Positions 10,278-21,742 of a stretch of DNA of 64,000 nucleotides are shown here, piece by piece (position 1 is the stretch's first letter; every line of letters begins with the position of its first letter). Both the position numbers and the translations under genes were made by a program. The stretch is taken from the NCBI GenBank assembly GCA_963664115.2, contig CAXWPJ010000009.1:832001-896000 (forward strand). The letters are read 5' to 3'. Origin of the DNA: Terriglobia bacterium (GTDB taxonomy: Bacteria > Acidobacteriota > Terriglobia > 20CM-2-55-15). The notes below the pieces were generated by a model that was not told where the DNA came from, made no database searches, and was given only the letters and a program-made list of their open reading frames with translations.

Positions 10278-11741
10278 TCAGGAATCGTCTCCAGCGTCTC
10301 CATGTGCGCTAAAGACGGGCCAGCCCTCTTCAAGGATATCGGGATCGGGCTTCGTCCACAGATCAAGCTGACGGTCGTCGGCTTTGGCATCGAAGATCTC
10401 GGTGCTCAACTCAAGCGGATAACTCCCTGTGTAACAGGCGGTGCAGAACTCCCCCGCGGTGCCCTCAACCGCCTCCAACAATCCCGGAAGCGACAGGTAG
10501 GACAGGGAATCGGCTTCGATGTACTTTCGAATCTCTTCGACCGTGTGACTGGCGCCGATCAACTCTCGCCGGTTTGGCGTATCGATGCCGTAAAAGCACG
10601 GGGAAATCGTGGGCGGGCAACTGATACGGACATGAACCTCACGTGCACCCGCGGCACGCACCATCTTGACGATCTTGCGGCTCGTCGTCCCCCGAACAAT
10701 GGAGTCATCGATCAAGATGACGCGTTTGCCGGCAAGCAATTCTTTCACAGGGTTCAGTTTCACCTTTACGCCGAAATGCCGGATGGTCTGCTTCGGCTCG
10801 ATGAAAGTCCGGCCGACGTAGTGATTTCGGATCAGGCCAAACGAAAAAGGAATGTCTACCCGCTGTGAATACCCGACTGCCGCGGTGACCCCTGAATCGG
10901 GAACAGGGACAACGAGATCGGCATCCACCGGGGATTCCTCGGCCAGAATGCGTCCCATCCGTTCCCGGCTGGCCTGGACTGTCCTGTCGAAAACAATGCT
11001 GTCGGGCCGAGCGAAATAAACATGCTCGAAAATGCACTTGGCCTGCCGCGGCCCGGTCGGGAGTTCGGACGAACGGATCTCGTCGCCGTTGATCGCCACA
11101 ACCTCTCCCGGCCGTATTTCCCGGATATAGGACGCGTTAATCAGGTCGAAGGCACACGACTCAGAAGCAACCACGTAAGACCCATTGAACTTTCCGATAC
11201 ATAGCGGACGGAAGCCGTAGGGATCCCGCGCCGCGATCAAGGTCCCCTCGCTCAGCAAAAGCAGGGAATACGCACCCTGAACGCGACCCAGCGCTGCCAC
11301 TAGCGCGTCGTCAAGAAGCTCACCCTCAGCCCGTGCGAGCAAATGCAATATGACTTCGCTGTCACTGCTGGATTGAAACACCGCGCCCTCGGCTTCCAAT
11401 TCTTCTCTGAGCGCTGTGGCGTTAATCAGGTTGCCGTTGTGGCAGAGCGACACTTCGCCGTGGGTGCTCTTGACGACGATGGGCTGCGCGTTGTTCCGTG
11501 AACTGTCACCGGAGGTGGAGTAACGGGTATGTCCAATCGCGCTGTTACCGGTCAGGCGTTGCAGGGTCCGCTCCGAATAGACCTCCCCCACATGACCCAT
11601 GGCTTTGTGCGTGCGAAGCTGTTTCCCGTCAGATACGGATATACCGGTGCTCTCCTGCCCCCTGTGCTGGAGGGCATACAGTCCCAGGTAGGTGAGACGG
11701 GCTGCTTCGTGCTGGTTGGCGATACCGAAAATGCCACACAT
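10278..11741 (-). CDS. purF: Amidophosphoribosyltransferase
   Basis: N-terminal MCGIFG, QHRGQ, GHTRYST, DDSIVRGTT. Confidence 0.96.
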   Translation of the reverse strand: MCGIFGIANQHEAARLTYLGLYALQHRGQESTGISVSDGKQLRTHKAMGHVGEVYSERTLQRLTGNSAIGHTRYSTSGDSSRNNAQPIVVKSTHGEVSLCHNGNLINATALREELEAEGAVFQSSSDSEVILHLLARAEGELLDDALVAALGRVQGAYSLLLLSEGTLIAARDPYGFRPLCIGKFNGSYVVASESCAFDLINASYIREIRPGEVVAINGDEIRSSELPTGPRQAKCIFEHVYFARPDSIVFDRTVQASRERMGRILAEESPVDADLVVPVPDSGVTAAVGYSQRVDIPFSFGLIRNHYVGRTFIEPKQTIRHFGVKVKLNPVKELLAGKRVILIDDSIVRGTTSRKIVKMVRAAGAREVHVRISCPPTISPCFYGIDTPNRRELIGASHTVEEIRKYIEADSLSYLSLPGLLEAVEGTAGEFCTACYTGSYPLELSTEIFDAKADDRQLDLWTKPDPDILEEGWPVFSAHGDAGDDS

Positions 11742-11763
11742 GGTGTTTGGTTGAAGTCCTAGT

Positions 11764-13998
11764 CTAACCGAACCGTGATCGGTTTTCGAGAAGGCCTTCC
11801 AGACCCGACCCCCAGGCGTCCTCGATGTCGGCTATGGCGACGTCGATCGCACGCGCGCCCTCATAGTCCAGGATGAAGCGATCACCGCCAACCACTCCGA
11901 TCTCATGAGCTATCAGGCCGGCCTCGGCCACACTTCGAGCCAATGCGGACCCATTGTCGGTTGACATCAACACCCGCGTTGGAAATTCTCCAAACAGATC
12001 CCGGCAAACTTCGAGCCGGGAGGGCACACGCACTGCGGCTCCGACCGGGCCACGATGGAGTGTTCCAAAGCAGGACTCGGCCAGCGCCACAGCGAAGCCC
12101 CCCTCACTGAGATCGTGCGCTGAGTGGACGCGGGAATCGCGAATCAGAGCTGCAATCAAATTCTGCATGGCCCGTTCCTCTTCGAGATCAATCCGATCTG
12201 AACGTGAGGCTGTTTCCAGTAGCAGGATCGCGTCGCCCGGGTTCTGAAACGCGGACGGCGTGACCAGTGCCAGGTCCTCGATCAAACCGACGATACCAAT
12301 GACGGGCGTGGGGTAAATGTCTTCCTTAAACGTTTCGTTGTAAAAGCTGACGTTGCCTCCGGTGATCGGCGTCTCGAACACCAGGCAGGCCTCGGAAATT
12401 CCGTCGACGACCTCGCTGAACTGCCACATCACTTCCGGATGCTCCGGGTTGCCAAAATTCAGACAATTCGTCGCCGCAACAGGTCTCGCGCCCGTACACA
12501 CCAGGTTGCGACACGCCTCCGCGACGGCTTTTCGAGCTCCCTCCCGGGGATCCCGGGCGACATGCACTCCGGGGCCGTCCAGTACCATGGCGAGCGCTTT
12601 GTGTGTCCCTTTCACTCTGAGAACGGCTGCATCCGACCCGGGACCCACCATCGTGTTGGACTGAACCATGTGGTCGTATTGCTCCCAGATCCAGCGTCGG
12701 CTGGCCAGGTTGGGTGAAACCAGTGCCCGCATAAGCAGGTCGGCGTAATCACTATTCCCGGGATTGCTGTCTGCTTCGCGGAACGCGGCCACGGTTGCAT
12801 CAGGACAGGTGTCGAGAAAACTGTAACGGGTCAACCAACCGTCGACCCGGGGCTTGGAAGGCGGTGCCAGGGGTCTGTTGTAGAGAGGCGCGTCGTCGGC
12901 CAGAGGGCCGTTCGGAATTTCAGCGACGGTTTCTCCGTCCATTTGAACGCGAAGCAGACCGTCAGCCTTGACCTCGCCTACGTCGACGGCGTCCAGGCCC
13001 CACTTGCGAAAGACCTCAAACAACTCCGGTGCGCGAGAGGGCTCGGCGACCAGGAGCATCCGTTCCTGAGATTCACTGAGCATGATTTCGTAGGCCCCCA
13101 ATCCGGACTCGCGTTGCGGTACACGATCCAGATCGAGATCGACGCCGGTGCCGGCGCGCGCGCCCATCTCGCAACCCGAGCAGGTCAGGCCGGCGGCGCC
13201 CATGTCCTGAATTCCGACAACCAGGCCCTTCTCCATCACCTCAAGACATGCTTCCATCAGAAGCTTTTCCATGAACGGGTCACCGATCTGGACGTTGGGC
13301 CGCTTGGCTCCGGCGTCCTCACCAAAACCCGCCGATGCCATCGTCGCGCCGTGAATTCCGTCGCGGCCGGTCTTGGCGCCCACATAGATCACCCGATTGC
13401 CGACACCCGTGGCCTGTCCCAGGAAAATTTTATCCTTCTCGAATATGCCGAGCGCGAAGGCGTTGACCAGCGGGTTCTGAGAGTAGCAATCGGCGAAATA
13501 CACTTCGCCTCCGACCGTAGGGACGCCAAAACAATTGCCGTAGGCGGCGATACCCCCAACCACGCCCTCGAGAATTTGTCGATTCTGAGCCTGGTCAAGA
13601 GGGCCGAAGCGCAAGCTGTTCATCGCCGCGATCGGCCGGGCCCCCATCGTGAAAATGTCGCGGAGGATCCCACCAACCCCTGTGGCCGCACCCTGGAACG
13701 GCTCGATGAACGAGGGATGGTTGTGAGATTCGATCTTGAACGCAACCGCCAGCCCGTCGCCGATATCGATGATGCCTGCGTTTTCTCCCGGGCCCTGAAG
13801 GACGGACGGTCCTTCGGTGGGCAGACGCTTGAGATGAACACGTGAGCTCTTGTAGCTGCAGTGTTCGCTCCACATGACGCTGAAGATACCCAGTTCGGTC
13901 AGGTTGGCTTCCCGACCGAGTATCTTCCGGATCCGCGCGTACTCTTCCCTGGACAGATTGTGTTCGGCCAGAGCTTCTTCGGTGATAGCTGTCGACAT
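11764..13998 (-). CDS. purL: FGAM synthase subunit PurL
   Basis: [30 protein letters not shown]. Confidence 0.96.
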   Translation of the reverse strand: MSTAITEEALAEHNLSREEYARIRKILGREANLTELGIFSVMWSEHCSYKSSRVHLKRLPTEGPSVLQGPGENAGIIDIGDGLAVAFKIESHNHPSFIEPFQGAATGVGGILRDIFTMGARPIAAMNSLRFGPLDQAQNRQILEGVVGGIAAYGNCFGVPTVGGEVYFADCYSQNPLVNAFALGIFEKDKIFLGQATGVGNRVIYVGAKTGRDGIHGATMASAGFGEDAGAKRPNVQIGDPFMEKLLMEACLEVMEKGLVVGIQDMGAAGLTCSGCEMGARAGTGVDLDLDRVPQRESGLGAYEIMLSESQERMLLVAEPSRAPELFEVFRKWGLDAVDVGEVKADGLLRVQMDGETVAEIPNGPLADDAPLYNRPLAPPSKPRVDGWLTRYSFLDTCPDATVAAFREADSNPGNSDYADLLMRALVSPNLASRRWIWEQYDHMVQSNTMVGPGSDAAVLRVKGTHKALAMVLDGPGVHVARDPREGARKAVAEACRNLVCTGARPVAATNCLNFGNPEHPEVMWQFSEVVDGISEACLVFETPITGGNVSFYNETFKEDIYPTPVIGIVGLIEDLALVTPSAFQNPGDAILLLETASRSDRIDLEEERAMQNLIAALIRDSRVHSAHDLSEGGFAVALAESCFGTLHRGPVGAAVRVPSRLEVCRDLFGEFPTRVLMSTDNGSALARSVAEAGLIAHEIGVVGGDRFILDYEGARAIDVAIADIEDAWGSGLEGLLENRSRFG

Positions 13999-14003
13999 TG
14001 GCT

Positions 14004-14699
14004 TCAGGCGTGGGAAAGGGCTGTGACCATGGATTCGAAGATCAAACGTCCGTCCTCGCTACCGAGCATCTGCTCGCTGGAGCGATCCGGGTGAGGCATC
14101 ATTCCCAGTACGTTACGGCTCTCGTTAACGATGCCGGCGATGTTGTTCAAGGAGCCGTTCGGGTTGGCGCTATCGGTGGCCTTACCCCGAGCGTCAACAT
14201 ATCGAAAGACCACCTGGTCCTGGTCTTCAAGCCTGCGAACCGTATCGTCGTCGGCGTAAAAATTGCCTTCTCCGTGCCCGATCGGGATAGAGAGAAGTTG
14301 CCCTTCTTTCATACCGGATGAAAACGGTGTGGCCACCGATTCGGTTCTCAGATGCAGCCATCGGCAAACGTACTTCATGCCAACGTTCGGAAGCAGTGCG
14401 CCGGGAAGCAGCCCGGCTTCCATCAGAATCTGAAAGCCGTTACAGATACCGATCACCAGAGCGCCACTCTTAGCGAATCCGTTCAAGGCTTCCATCACGG
14501 GAGAAAAACGCGCAATGGCCCCGGTCCGGAGATAGTCCCCATAGGCGAAGCCACCGGGCAGGATCACGGCGTCGAAGCCGTCGAGGCTCGTCTCCTGGTG
14601 CCAGATGAACTCGACCGGCTGGCCCAGGACGGACCCCATCGCGTAATAACAGTCGTGGTCGCAGTTCGACCCGGGAAAGATGACGACTCCGAACTTCAC
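14004..14699 (-). CDS. purQ: FGAM synthase glutaminase subunit
   Basis: FPGSNCD, GICNGFQ, GMMPHP. Confidence 0.96.
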   Translation of the reverse strand: MKFGVVIFPGSNCDHDCYYAMGSVLGQPVEFIWHQETSLDGFDAVILPGGFAYGDYLRTGAIARFSPVMEALNGFAKSGALVIGICNGFQILMEAGLLPGALLPNVGMKYVCRWLHLRTESVATPFSSGMKEGQLLSIPIGHGEGNFYADDDTVRRLEDQDQVVFRYVDARGKATDSANPNGSLNNIAGIVNESRNVLGMMPHPDRSSEQMLGSEDGRLIFESMVTALSHA

Positions 14700-14706
14700 T
14701 TTCCGC

Positions 14707-14949
14707 TCATTCCCAAATGATCCGATAGTTTTCGATGACAGGGTTTGTCAGTACATCCCTCGCCAGACGCTCAACCAGGGCCTTGCGGTCCGCTTCGCCC
14801 AGATCGTCACCGACCTCCACGTCGAAGTGCTTCCCCTGGCGCACTTCACTCACTCCCGATATACCGGCCGTCTCCAGATTCCGGTGGATCGTGAGCCCCT
14901 GAGGATCGAGAACCGTCGGCTTAAGGGTCACGATTACTGTCGCTTTCAC
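14707..14949 (-). CDS. purS: FGAM synthase subunit PurS
   Basis: [24 protein letters not shown]. Confidence 0.95.
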   Translation of the reverse strand: MKATVIVTLKPTVLDPQGLTIHRNLETAGISGVSEVRQGKHFDVEVGDDLGEADRKALVERLARDVLTNPVIENYRIIWE

Positions 14950-14992
14950 GGTCTACTCTTTCCTTGAAGACGAACCTACCGTTAAGAACAAA

Positions 14993-15104
14993 GAGTTCAA
15001 CACGAAGGTCACGAAGATTAACGAAGTAAGAGAAGGTTTGTATCAGAAGAAAAAGCTTTCTTCGTGCCCTTCGTTAGCCTTCGTGCCCTTCGTGTTAAAA
15101 AAAC
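14993..15104. repeat. REP-like palindromic element (ACACGAAG family)
   Basis: AACACGAAGGTCACGAAG ... CTTCGTGCCCTTCGTGTTAAAA between purB and purS. Confidence 0.8.
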
Positions 15105-15105
15105 A

Positions 15106-16416
15106 TCAAGCGGCACTTTCCCCATCCCCAAAGACGCGGTTGAAGATGTAATCCACGTTCTCCAACAGGCGCTCTGAATTAAAGACCTGGTCAATGTGTT
15201 TGCTGTCGAGGCGCCCGCAGATGTCTGCGTCGGCGAGCACACTGTCTTTGAAGCCCACGCCCTCGTCCCACACACGCATGGCGTTTCTCTGGACCCAACC
15301 ATACGCTTCCTCGCGGGCGACTCCCCCCTCGACCAAGCGCAGCAACAATTGCCCCGAATAGATGAGTCCGTGGGTCAGGTCGAGGTTGGCCTTCATCCTG
15401 TCCGGATAGACGACGAGACGCTCGATGAGATTCGCAGTGCGATCCAGGAGGTAATCGAGCAGAATCGTCGAATCCGGGAAGATGATCCGTTCGGCCGAAG
15501 AGTGGGAGATGTCACGCTCATGCCACAGTGCCACGTTTTCGAACCCCGCCAGCGCGTTGGCCCGCAGGATGCGAGCCAGTCCGGAAATCTGTTCCGAAGC
15601 GATCGGGTTCCGCTTGTGTGGCATCGCCGAAGAACCCTTCTGCTTGGAAGAAAAATACTCCTGCGCCTCCCGCACCTCGGTCCTTTGAAGGTGCCGCACT
15701 TCGACGGCGATCTTCTCCAGACTCGCCCCGACGAGTGCAATCGCTGAAATAAAGTGTGCGTGACTGTCCCTTTGAACCACTTGTGACGAGGCCGTCGCGT
15801 GCACGAGGCCCAGTCGCTCCATCACGCGTTCTTCGATTCCGGGAGACAGATGCGCAAAGGTTCCGACTGCGCCGGAAAGCTTACCGACCCGCATCCCTTC
15901 GGCGGCCTCGGCGATACGATGGCGCTGGCGACGGATCTCGTCATACCAGATTGCCAGCTTGTGGCCGAACGTGATGGGCTCGGCATGAATGCCATGCGTG
16001 CGTCCCACCATCACGGTGGTCTTGAACTCGTGGGCGCGTTTTCGAAGAACTTCCAGGAAGTGGTCCATCCCTTCCAGAAGGATCGCGGAAGCTTCCCGGA
16101 CCTGAAGGGCCAGGGCCGTGTCGACGACATCGGACGAAGTCAGCCCGTAGTGGAAGTATCTGGAAGACTCACCCACGTGCTCGGCGACTGTGGAGGTAAA
16201 CGCGATCACGTCGTGACGGACTTCGGCTTCGATTTCTTCGATACGCTCAACGGAAAAGTCCGCGCGCTCGCGAATTGCCTTCGCCGCATCGGTGGGCACG
16301 ACGCCGTCCTCCTCAAGGACGCTTGTCGCTGCGAGTTCGACCTCCAGCCACTTGCGGTACTTGTTCTCTTCCTCCCAGATGCGGCCCATGACTGGACGCG
16401 TATATCGTGGGATCAA
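15106..16416 (-). CDS. purB: Adenylosuccinate lyase
   Basis: RHDVIAF, GLTSSD, GRTHGIHAEP, GSSAMPHKRNP. Confidence 0.96.
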   Translation of the reverse strand: MIPRYTRPVMGRIWEEENKYRKWLEVELAATSVLEEDGVVPTDAAKAIRERADFSVERIEEIEAEVRHDVIAFTSTVAEHVGESSRYFHYGLTSSDVVDTALALQVREASAILLEGMDHFLEVLRKRAHEFKTTVMVGRTHGIHAEPITFGHKLAIWYDEIRRQRHRIAEAAEGMRVGKLSGAVGTFAHLSPGIEERVMERLGLVHATASSQVVQRDSHAHFISAIALVGASLEKIAVEVRHLQRTEVREAQEYFSSKQKGSSAMPHKRNPIASEQISGLARILRANALAGFENVALWHERDISHSSAERIIFPDSTILLDYLLDRTANLIERLVVYPDRMKANLDLTHGLIYSGQLLLRLVEGGVAREEAYGWVQRNAMRVWDEGVGFKDSVLADADICGRLDSKHIDQVFNSERLLENVDYIFNRVFGDGESAA

Positions 16417-16428
16417 ATCTCCGCTCTC

Positions 16429-17217
16429 CTAAGCTAGTTCTATGGGTGGACTTGGCGTGTCCTGTGAAGCCAGCGAGACCGAGGTCCCGGCAAAACCTTT
16501 CGAAGACAGGGCCTGGCACGCTTCCAGCCGGGCGATTTCAGGGTGGTTGTTCTTGGAACTGAGATGGGCCAGAACAAGATGCTCAGCCTCACCGTCGAAA
16601 GATTCTGCGAGATAGCGGCCGACGGTCGCGTTGGAAAGGTGCCCGTTTCTGCCCACCAGCCTTTCCTTCAGACTCCAGGGATAGGGTCCCATCCGGAGCA
16701 TGTCGACATCGTGATTCGACTCCAGGATCAGGATGTGACTCCCCTTCATGAAATCCGCTACGTGATCGGGAATCCAGCCCAGATCGGTCAGTTGAGTCAC
16801 CTTGATACCATTGTAGCGCACTGAAAAAGCCGTGGGCTCCTCGGCATCATGGGGAACGGCAACCGTATCGACTTCCACATCCCCGATCGTAAAGCTCTGG
16901 CCGGGAATGACAGGCACAATGGCTGACCTGTTCATGTCGTAGCTGTCCACCCGGCTGCCATCGATAGTGCCGCACGACATGTACACATCGAGCGACATCT
17001 TCTTCACCATAGTCTTAAGACCCGCTACGTGGTCGGTGTGCTCGTGGGTGATCAGCACCGCATCGATCTTGTCCGGGTCCTCCCCGATGGCCCTGAGGCG
17101 CTTCGCCAGCGTCCTGGGACCGAGCCCGCAGTCGATGAGCAGGGAAACCCTCTCGGTCCGGATCAATGTCGCGTTACCCCGACTCCCGCTGCCCAGGACG
17201 GAAACTTTTATAGACAT
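16429..17217 (-). CDS. MBL-fold metallo-hydrolase (YycJ/WalJ-like)
   Basis: LGSGSRGN, THEHTDH, ESNHD, GHLSN, AHLS. Confidence 0.9.
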   Translation of the reverse strand: MSIKVSVLGSGSRGNATLIRTERVSLLIDCGLGPRTLAKRLRAIGEDPDKIDAVLITHEHTDHVAGLKTMVKKMSLDVYMSCGTIDGSRVDSYDMNRSAIVPVIPGQSFTIGDVEVDTVAVPHDAEEPTAFSVRYNGIKVTQLTDLGWIPDHVADFMKGSHILILESNHDVDMLRMGPYPWSLKERLVGRNGHLSNATVGRYLAESFDGEAEHLVLAHLSSKNNHPEIARLEACQALSSKGFAGTSVSLASQDTPSPPIELA

Positions 17218-17367
17218 TCGAAGAAATCCAAGCAAGTGATTGGTGTGCAAGACTGTATCAGAGCCTGGGAAGAACCGCGGCCCGCGCTTGCTGTCACAGT
17301 ATCGGGACCAGAGTGGACAGGTCGGGGGAACCTACCAATAAAATCCGAATTTCGATAGAATACACCT

Positions 17368-17931
17368 ATGCGTCTCAAGCCATTTGTGTTCTTCTCCCTG
17401 GTCGGGTTGCTGGCGGGTTATGCCATCTACCGGGAATCAGTCGCGCCGGATCCGACCTTGATCGGCTCTGTGGCACCTGAGTTCGAACTCACGGACCAGG
17501 ATGGCCAGACCGTCCGCCTCAGTGACTACGCCGGAAACCTGGTGTTCCTCAACTTCTGGGCCACCTGGTGCGAACCTTGCATCGTTGAGATGCCGGACAT
17601 GATGGCCTTGAATGAGACCTTTGAGGGCCGCCCCTTCAAGATGCTCGCGATCAGCATCGACACCAATTGGGAAGACGTTCGCGAGTTTTACGAAGAACAT
17701 GGCCTGGACATCCCGACAGCCCTGGACCCGGGCCGCCAGGTTTATACAAAATACAGGGCCCTCGGCGTACCGGAAACGTTCTTCATCGATGGTAACGGAA
17801 ACATTGTCCAGAAGTTCATCAGCTACCGCCGATGGATGAGTCCCCAGTTTCTGACTGAAATCGAAGAACTGGTAGCCCGGCACGAAAACGGCACGCTCTC
17901 TGAAGCGATCAGCAGCCGAACCGGGGATTGA
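17368..17931 (+). CDS. TlpA/ResA-like thiol-disulfide reductase
   Basis: N-terminal anchor and NFWATWCEPC (CxxC). Confidence 0.9.
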   Translation: MRLKPFVFFSLVGLLAGYAIYRESVAPDPTLIGSVAPEFELTDQDGQTVRLSDYAGNLVFLNFWATWCEPCIVEMPDMMALNETFEGRPFKMLAISIDTNWEDVREFYEEHGLDIPTALDPGRQVYTKYRALGVPETFFIDGNGNIVQKFISYRRWMSPQFLTEIEELVARHENGTLSEAISSRTGD

Positions 17932-17941
17932 CCCGTCCCCC

Positions 17942-19093
17942 GTGCCCGAATCCCTTCCCGACAGTCCCACATCTCTGGAATCGTTCTTCGAGCTTTCACG
18001 GGATGAACTCGCCACCGCTCTGGATCCCCCGTTTCGGGCAACACAGCTCTACAAAGCCGTTTACAAGCAATGGATAGCTGAGTTTGACGCGATCACGAAC
18101 CTGCCCAAGTCACTGAGAACAACCCTGAAAGCCAGGTGGAACATCCAAACCCCACCCATCCATAGGACGTTTGAATCCGCCGACGGGACCCGTCGCCACT
18201 TGATCCGTCTCTCAGATGGAGAAATGGCTGAAACCGTTTTTATACCCGAAGAGACCCGGAACACAATCTGCGTTTCCTCCCAGGTCGGCTGCCCTCTGGC
18301 CTGTGGATTCTGCCTGACCGGCCAACTCGGATTCGTCCGCCACCTGAGCCCTGGAGAAATCGTCTCCCAGGTACTCGTCGCCCAAAGGGAAAACCTCGGC
18401 CCAGACAGCACAATCGACGACACGCCTGAGGACGAGCCTACAGACACTCGCGGAGCCAGAGATTTCTATCGCGATCACTTCAACATTGTCCTCATGGGAA
18501 TGGGCGAACCCCTCCACAACTATGACAACGTCATGAAGGCCCTAGCCATCCTGAACGACCCAATGGGTCTCAACGTCTCGATGTCACGCATCGTGCTGTC
18601 GACCGCCGGCTTGATTCCCGAACTACGGCGTCTCGCCCAGGAGCGTCTGATTCCGAACCTGGCGGTCTCACTCACGGGCGCGACGGACCCCACGCGCGAT
18701 CGTCTGATGCCGATCAATCGAACCTACCCGATCAAGGACCTGGTTTCAGTTCTCAGAGACTTTCCCTTCAAGCCCAGGCAGCACGTCATGCTGGAATATG
18801 TCTTGCTCCGAGGCGTGACCGACGCCCCCGATCAGGCTCGGGATCTGGCAGCAATCGCCCGCAAGGTTCGGGCGAAAGTGAACTTGATTCCCCTGAACGA
18901 GTCCCCTGACCTGGAATTCAAACGCCCGGATCAGGCCACCATTGTGCGCTTCCACAAGATTCTCCTGGACGCAGGGATTCCTGTGTTCGTTAGAAAAAGC
19001 CGAGGGGACGACATTTCCGCTGCCTGCGGCCAACTGAAAAAGAAGTGGGCCGAATCCCCTGCCCAGATCGATCTTGCAGTCCTCGAGCTGTAG
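17942..19093 (+). CDS. rlmN: 23S rRNA m2A2503 radical SAM methyltransferase
   Basis: SSQVGCPLACGFC, MGMGEP, AACGQL. Confidence 0.95.
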   Translation: MPESLPDSPTSLESFFELSRDELATALDPPFRATQLYKAVYKQWIAEFDAITNLPKSLRTTLKARWNIQTPPIHRTFESADGTRRHLIRLSDGEMAETVFIPEETRNTICVSSQVGCPLACGFCLTGQLGFVRHLSPGEIVSQVLVAQRENLGPDSTIDDTPEDEPTDTRGARDFYRDHFNIVLMGMGEPLHNYDNVMKALAILNDPMGLNVSMSRIVLSTAGLIPELRRLAQERLIPNLAVSLTGATDPTRDRLMPINRTYPIKDLVSVLRDFPFKPRQHVMLEYVLLRGVTDAPDQARDLAAIARKVRAKVNLIPLNESPDLEFKRPDQATIVRFHKILLDAGIPVFVRKSRGDDISAACGQLKKKWAESPAQIDLAVLEL

Positions 19094-19132
19094 CGGAAGG
19101 TTACTGACCAACAGAACCCGCCCGGCGGAACA

Positions 19133-19774
19133 CTATTCACCCCGCGAGTAGCGGCACACGATCACTGCAAGGCCCGAGCCAAGGACTGGCGCGAGCAGGT
19201 AGACCCACACATACTGAAGCTGCCCGCTGACAAGTGCCGGCCCCAGCGACCTGGCCGGGTTCATCGACGCACCGGAAATTGGCCCCCCGAACAGGGCGGC
19301 CAGCCCCACGACAGCTCCAACGGCAAGTCCGGCTGTGGCGCCCTTCTCTTTGGCTCCCGTCGCCACATTGAGAATCGTGAACATCAGGAGGAAAGTGAGA
19401 ACGATCTCCAGCACGAATGACTGTCCGACGCTGCCCGTGGGAAGCGTTGCGCCAAGCGTCGGGTGCGGGCCTAAGAGCACCCGAACCAGGACACTGCCCG
19501 CTAACGCCCCCAGGACTTGACTCGCGACATAGGGAATAATGTCGGCCCCAGGAAAGCGTCCGGCGAGCCAGAAACCTAGTGTTACGGCCGGATTGAGGTG
19601 TGCACCTGATATGTCACCGACGGCGTAGATCATCGCCATCACGACGAGTCCGAAAGTCAGGGCGATCCCGACGTGGGAAACAACCCCAGAACCTGTGTCG
19701 TTCACGACGATGGCGCCTGTTCCCGCGAATACGAGGGCGAAGGTAGCGATCATTTCAGCTGCAAATCTCTGCAC
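19133..19774 (-). CDS. Aquaporin (MIP family)
   Basis: Two NPA motifs (SGAHLNPAVT, GASMNPARS). Confidence 0.93.
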   Translation of the reverse strand: MQRFAAEMIATFALVFAGTGAIVVNDTGSGVVSHVGIALTFGLVVMAMIYAVGDISGAHLNPAVTLGFWLAGRFPGADIIPYVASQVLGALAGSVLVRVLLGPHPTLGATLPTGSVGQSFVLEIVLTFLLMFTILNVATGAKEKGATAGLAVGAVVGLAALFGGPISGASMNPARSLGPALVSGQLQYVWVYLLAPVLGSGLAVIVCRYSRGE

Positions 19775-19945
19775 AAGATCTCCTGGAAGAGATTAAGAAT
19801 TCAGTAGGAGACAGTAACATGGGGGAGATGGGAAGGATCTGGCAGGCGGGGCAAGACAGACAGGAGCCAACGCGTTCGCTGGGTTAGAAGTTTGCTGCTA
19901 AATCCTCATACATTACCGCGTACCATCCGATCATCTAATTACTCA

Positions 19946-20116
19946 GACGCCTCGGCTACCGCCTCGTTGTCCACCCGCAGCGAGGAACGCTGCGGGTTTG
20001 TTTGAAGAATTGGATCAAGCTTTCCTAGTCCCCAATTAAGCCTCTCCATCAGGATGATGGAGAGGGTCGCCGGTCGTTCAGACAGGATGTCTGAAAGAAC
20101 GACCGAGCGAAATCTT
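19946..20116 (+). repeat. ~170-bp structured repeat, copy 1 (three hairpins with GGA loops)
   Basis: Near-identical to 24880-25049. Hairpins CCCGCAGCG-AGGAA-CGCTGCGGG, CCTCTCCATCA-GGA-TGATGGAGAGG and TTCAGACA-GGA-TGTCTGAA. Confidence 0.85.
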
Positions 20117-20185
20117 ATATCTCAATCTTCAATCAGAGGACTCTGATCAGCGGGCCTAACTCTGCAACAAGCCTGCGCCGTTGTT

Positions 20186-21487
20186 CTATGCAATACGCTT
20201 CCGGCCATTACGGCTGCGACTGGACCAATTGCGGTTGCCGTTTTTAGGCTGTCGTCCAGGTCGCATGCCACGCACGTTGTTACCGTAGGGCGTGCTGCGG
20301 TTGTCAGAACGCTCGGCGTAATCAGGTTCGAAGCCGGCGACCTTGCGACGCGGGATGGTCTCTCCGATCATGCGTTCGGTGGCGCGAACCCAGTCGCGAT
20401 CGATTCCTGTCACGAACGTGCAGGCGATGCCCTCGAGTTCGGCGCGACCGGTCCGTCCGATGCGATGGGTGTAAGCTTCCGGCGTGTTCGGCACATCGAA
20501 GTTGATCACATGGGAAACACCACTCACATCGATGCCGCGAGCCACGATGTCCGTGGCCACAAGGATGTTGAAGCGGCGCACGCGGAAGCCACTCATGGCA
20601 CGATCGCGTTGGGCCTGTGACATGGATCCCTGCAGACCGATGGCCCGGTGTCCATTCCTGATCAGTTGCTCGGCTAATCGCCGGGCCCGGTGCTTCGTCC
20701 GAGTGAAGACAATGGCCGAATCGCAGTCGTCACCGGTGAGCAAGTGCTCGAGCAGGTCTCTCTTGCGCCTCTCCTCGACCATATACAAGCCATGGTCGAC
20801 GGTGGCAACTGGAGCCCTACCGGCCAGGTCCACCACGTGGGGATCCTTCAGCAGATCGTCGGCCAGCCGGCGAATCTCCCTCGGCATGGTTGCCGAAAAT
20901 AGCAGGTTCTGCCGTCGCTGGGGCATCGGGGCCAGGATCTTGCGAATGTCGGGCAAGAAGCCCATATCGAACATGTGATCGGCCTCATCGAGGACGAGGG
21001 TTTCAATTTGGCCGAGGCGAAGGACTCTCTGCTGTAGCAGGTCGAGCACGCGACCCGGACAGCCCACAATGATCTCCGGGTGCTGGCGTAGCGAATTGAT
21101 CTGGTTTTGCGTTGAGACGCCGCCGTAGACGGTGACTGTCTTCAGACGGGTAAACCGGGACAGTGTGCGGATCTCAGCCGCGATCTGCGTGGCGAGTTCC
21201 CGTGTGGGGGCAAGCACGATAGCTCGAGGGCCCTTGCCCCGCTCCCTGAGGAGCCGGTCAAGCAGCGGCAACGCGAATGCCGCCGTCTTGCCAGTGCCGG
21301 TCTGGGCCAGGCCCAGCACGTCGCGCCCAGCGAGACCCGCGGGGATCGTCTCGATTTGAATCGGTCGGGGATTGTCGAAGCCAATGGCGCGGATACCGCG
21401 AACGAGGGCTTCATGGAGCTCGAACCGGTCGAAACCGGTAGGAGCGGTAGATACTGAACTAGACATCAAAAATTTACTCTCCGCCAT
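20186..21487 (-). CDS. DEAD-box RNA helicase (RhlE-like)
   Basis: AQTGTGKT, PTRELA, DEAD, SAT, ARGID, HRIGRTGR, basic C-terminal tail. Confidence 0.95.
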   Translation of the reverse strand: MAESKFLMSSSVSTAPTGFDRFELHEALVRGIRAIGFDNPRPIQIETIPAGLAGRDVLGLAQTGTGKTAAFALPLLDRLLRERGKGPRAIVLAPTRELATQIAAEIRTLSRFTRLKTVTVYGGVSTQNQINSLRQHPEIIVGCPGRVLDLLQQRVLRLGQIETLVLDEADHMFDMGFLPDIRKILAPMPQRRQNLLFSATMPREIRRLADDLLKDPHVVDLAGRAPVATVDHGLYMVEERRKRDLLEHLLTGDDCDSAIVFTRTKHRARRLAEQLIRNGHRAIGLQGSMSQAQRDRAMSGFRVRRFNILVATDIVARGIDVSGVSHVINFDVPNTPEAYTHRIGRTGRAELEGIACTFVTGIDRDWVRATERMIGETIPRRKVAGFEPDYAERSDNRSTPYGNNVRGMRPGRQPKNGNRNWSSRSRNGRKRIA

Positions 21488-21742
21488 ACGCGCACAGGCA
21501 TAACCCGCACGGCAGGGCCGTAGTTTCCGACCCAGACAACAGCTAAGGGTTAGAGGGATTGGTTAGCGACACGACCTCGGAAGGATTAGAAAAGAGGTCC
21601 TGTTGATCGTCGCTGTCGGGCTGACGCCCAATCTAAGCACAACAATGGTAGCTGGTTTGGTCGACTATTACCAGCCCTGCCCCCGGGACGGGAGGATTCG
21701 GCGGCACAATTTCGGCGCTATGAATGCGGCGCTATGAATGCT

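Noticed and set aside
21713-21740. 14-bp tandem duplication CGGCGCTATGAATG
   Set aside because: Two units only, intergenic, most likely replication slippage.
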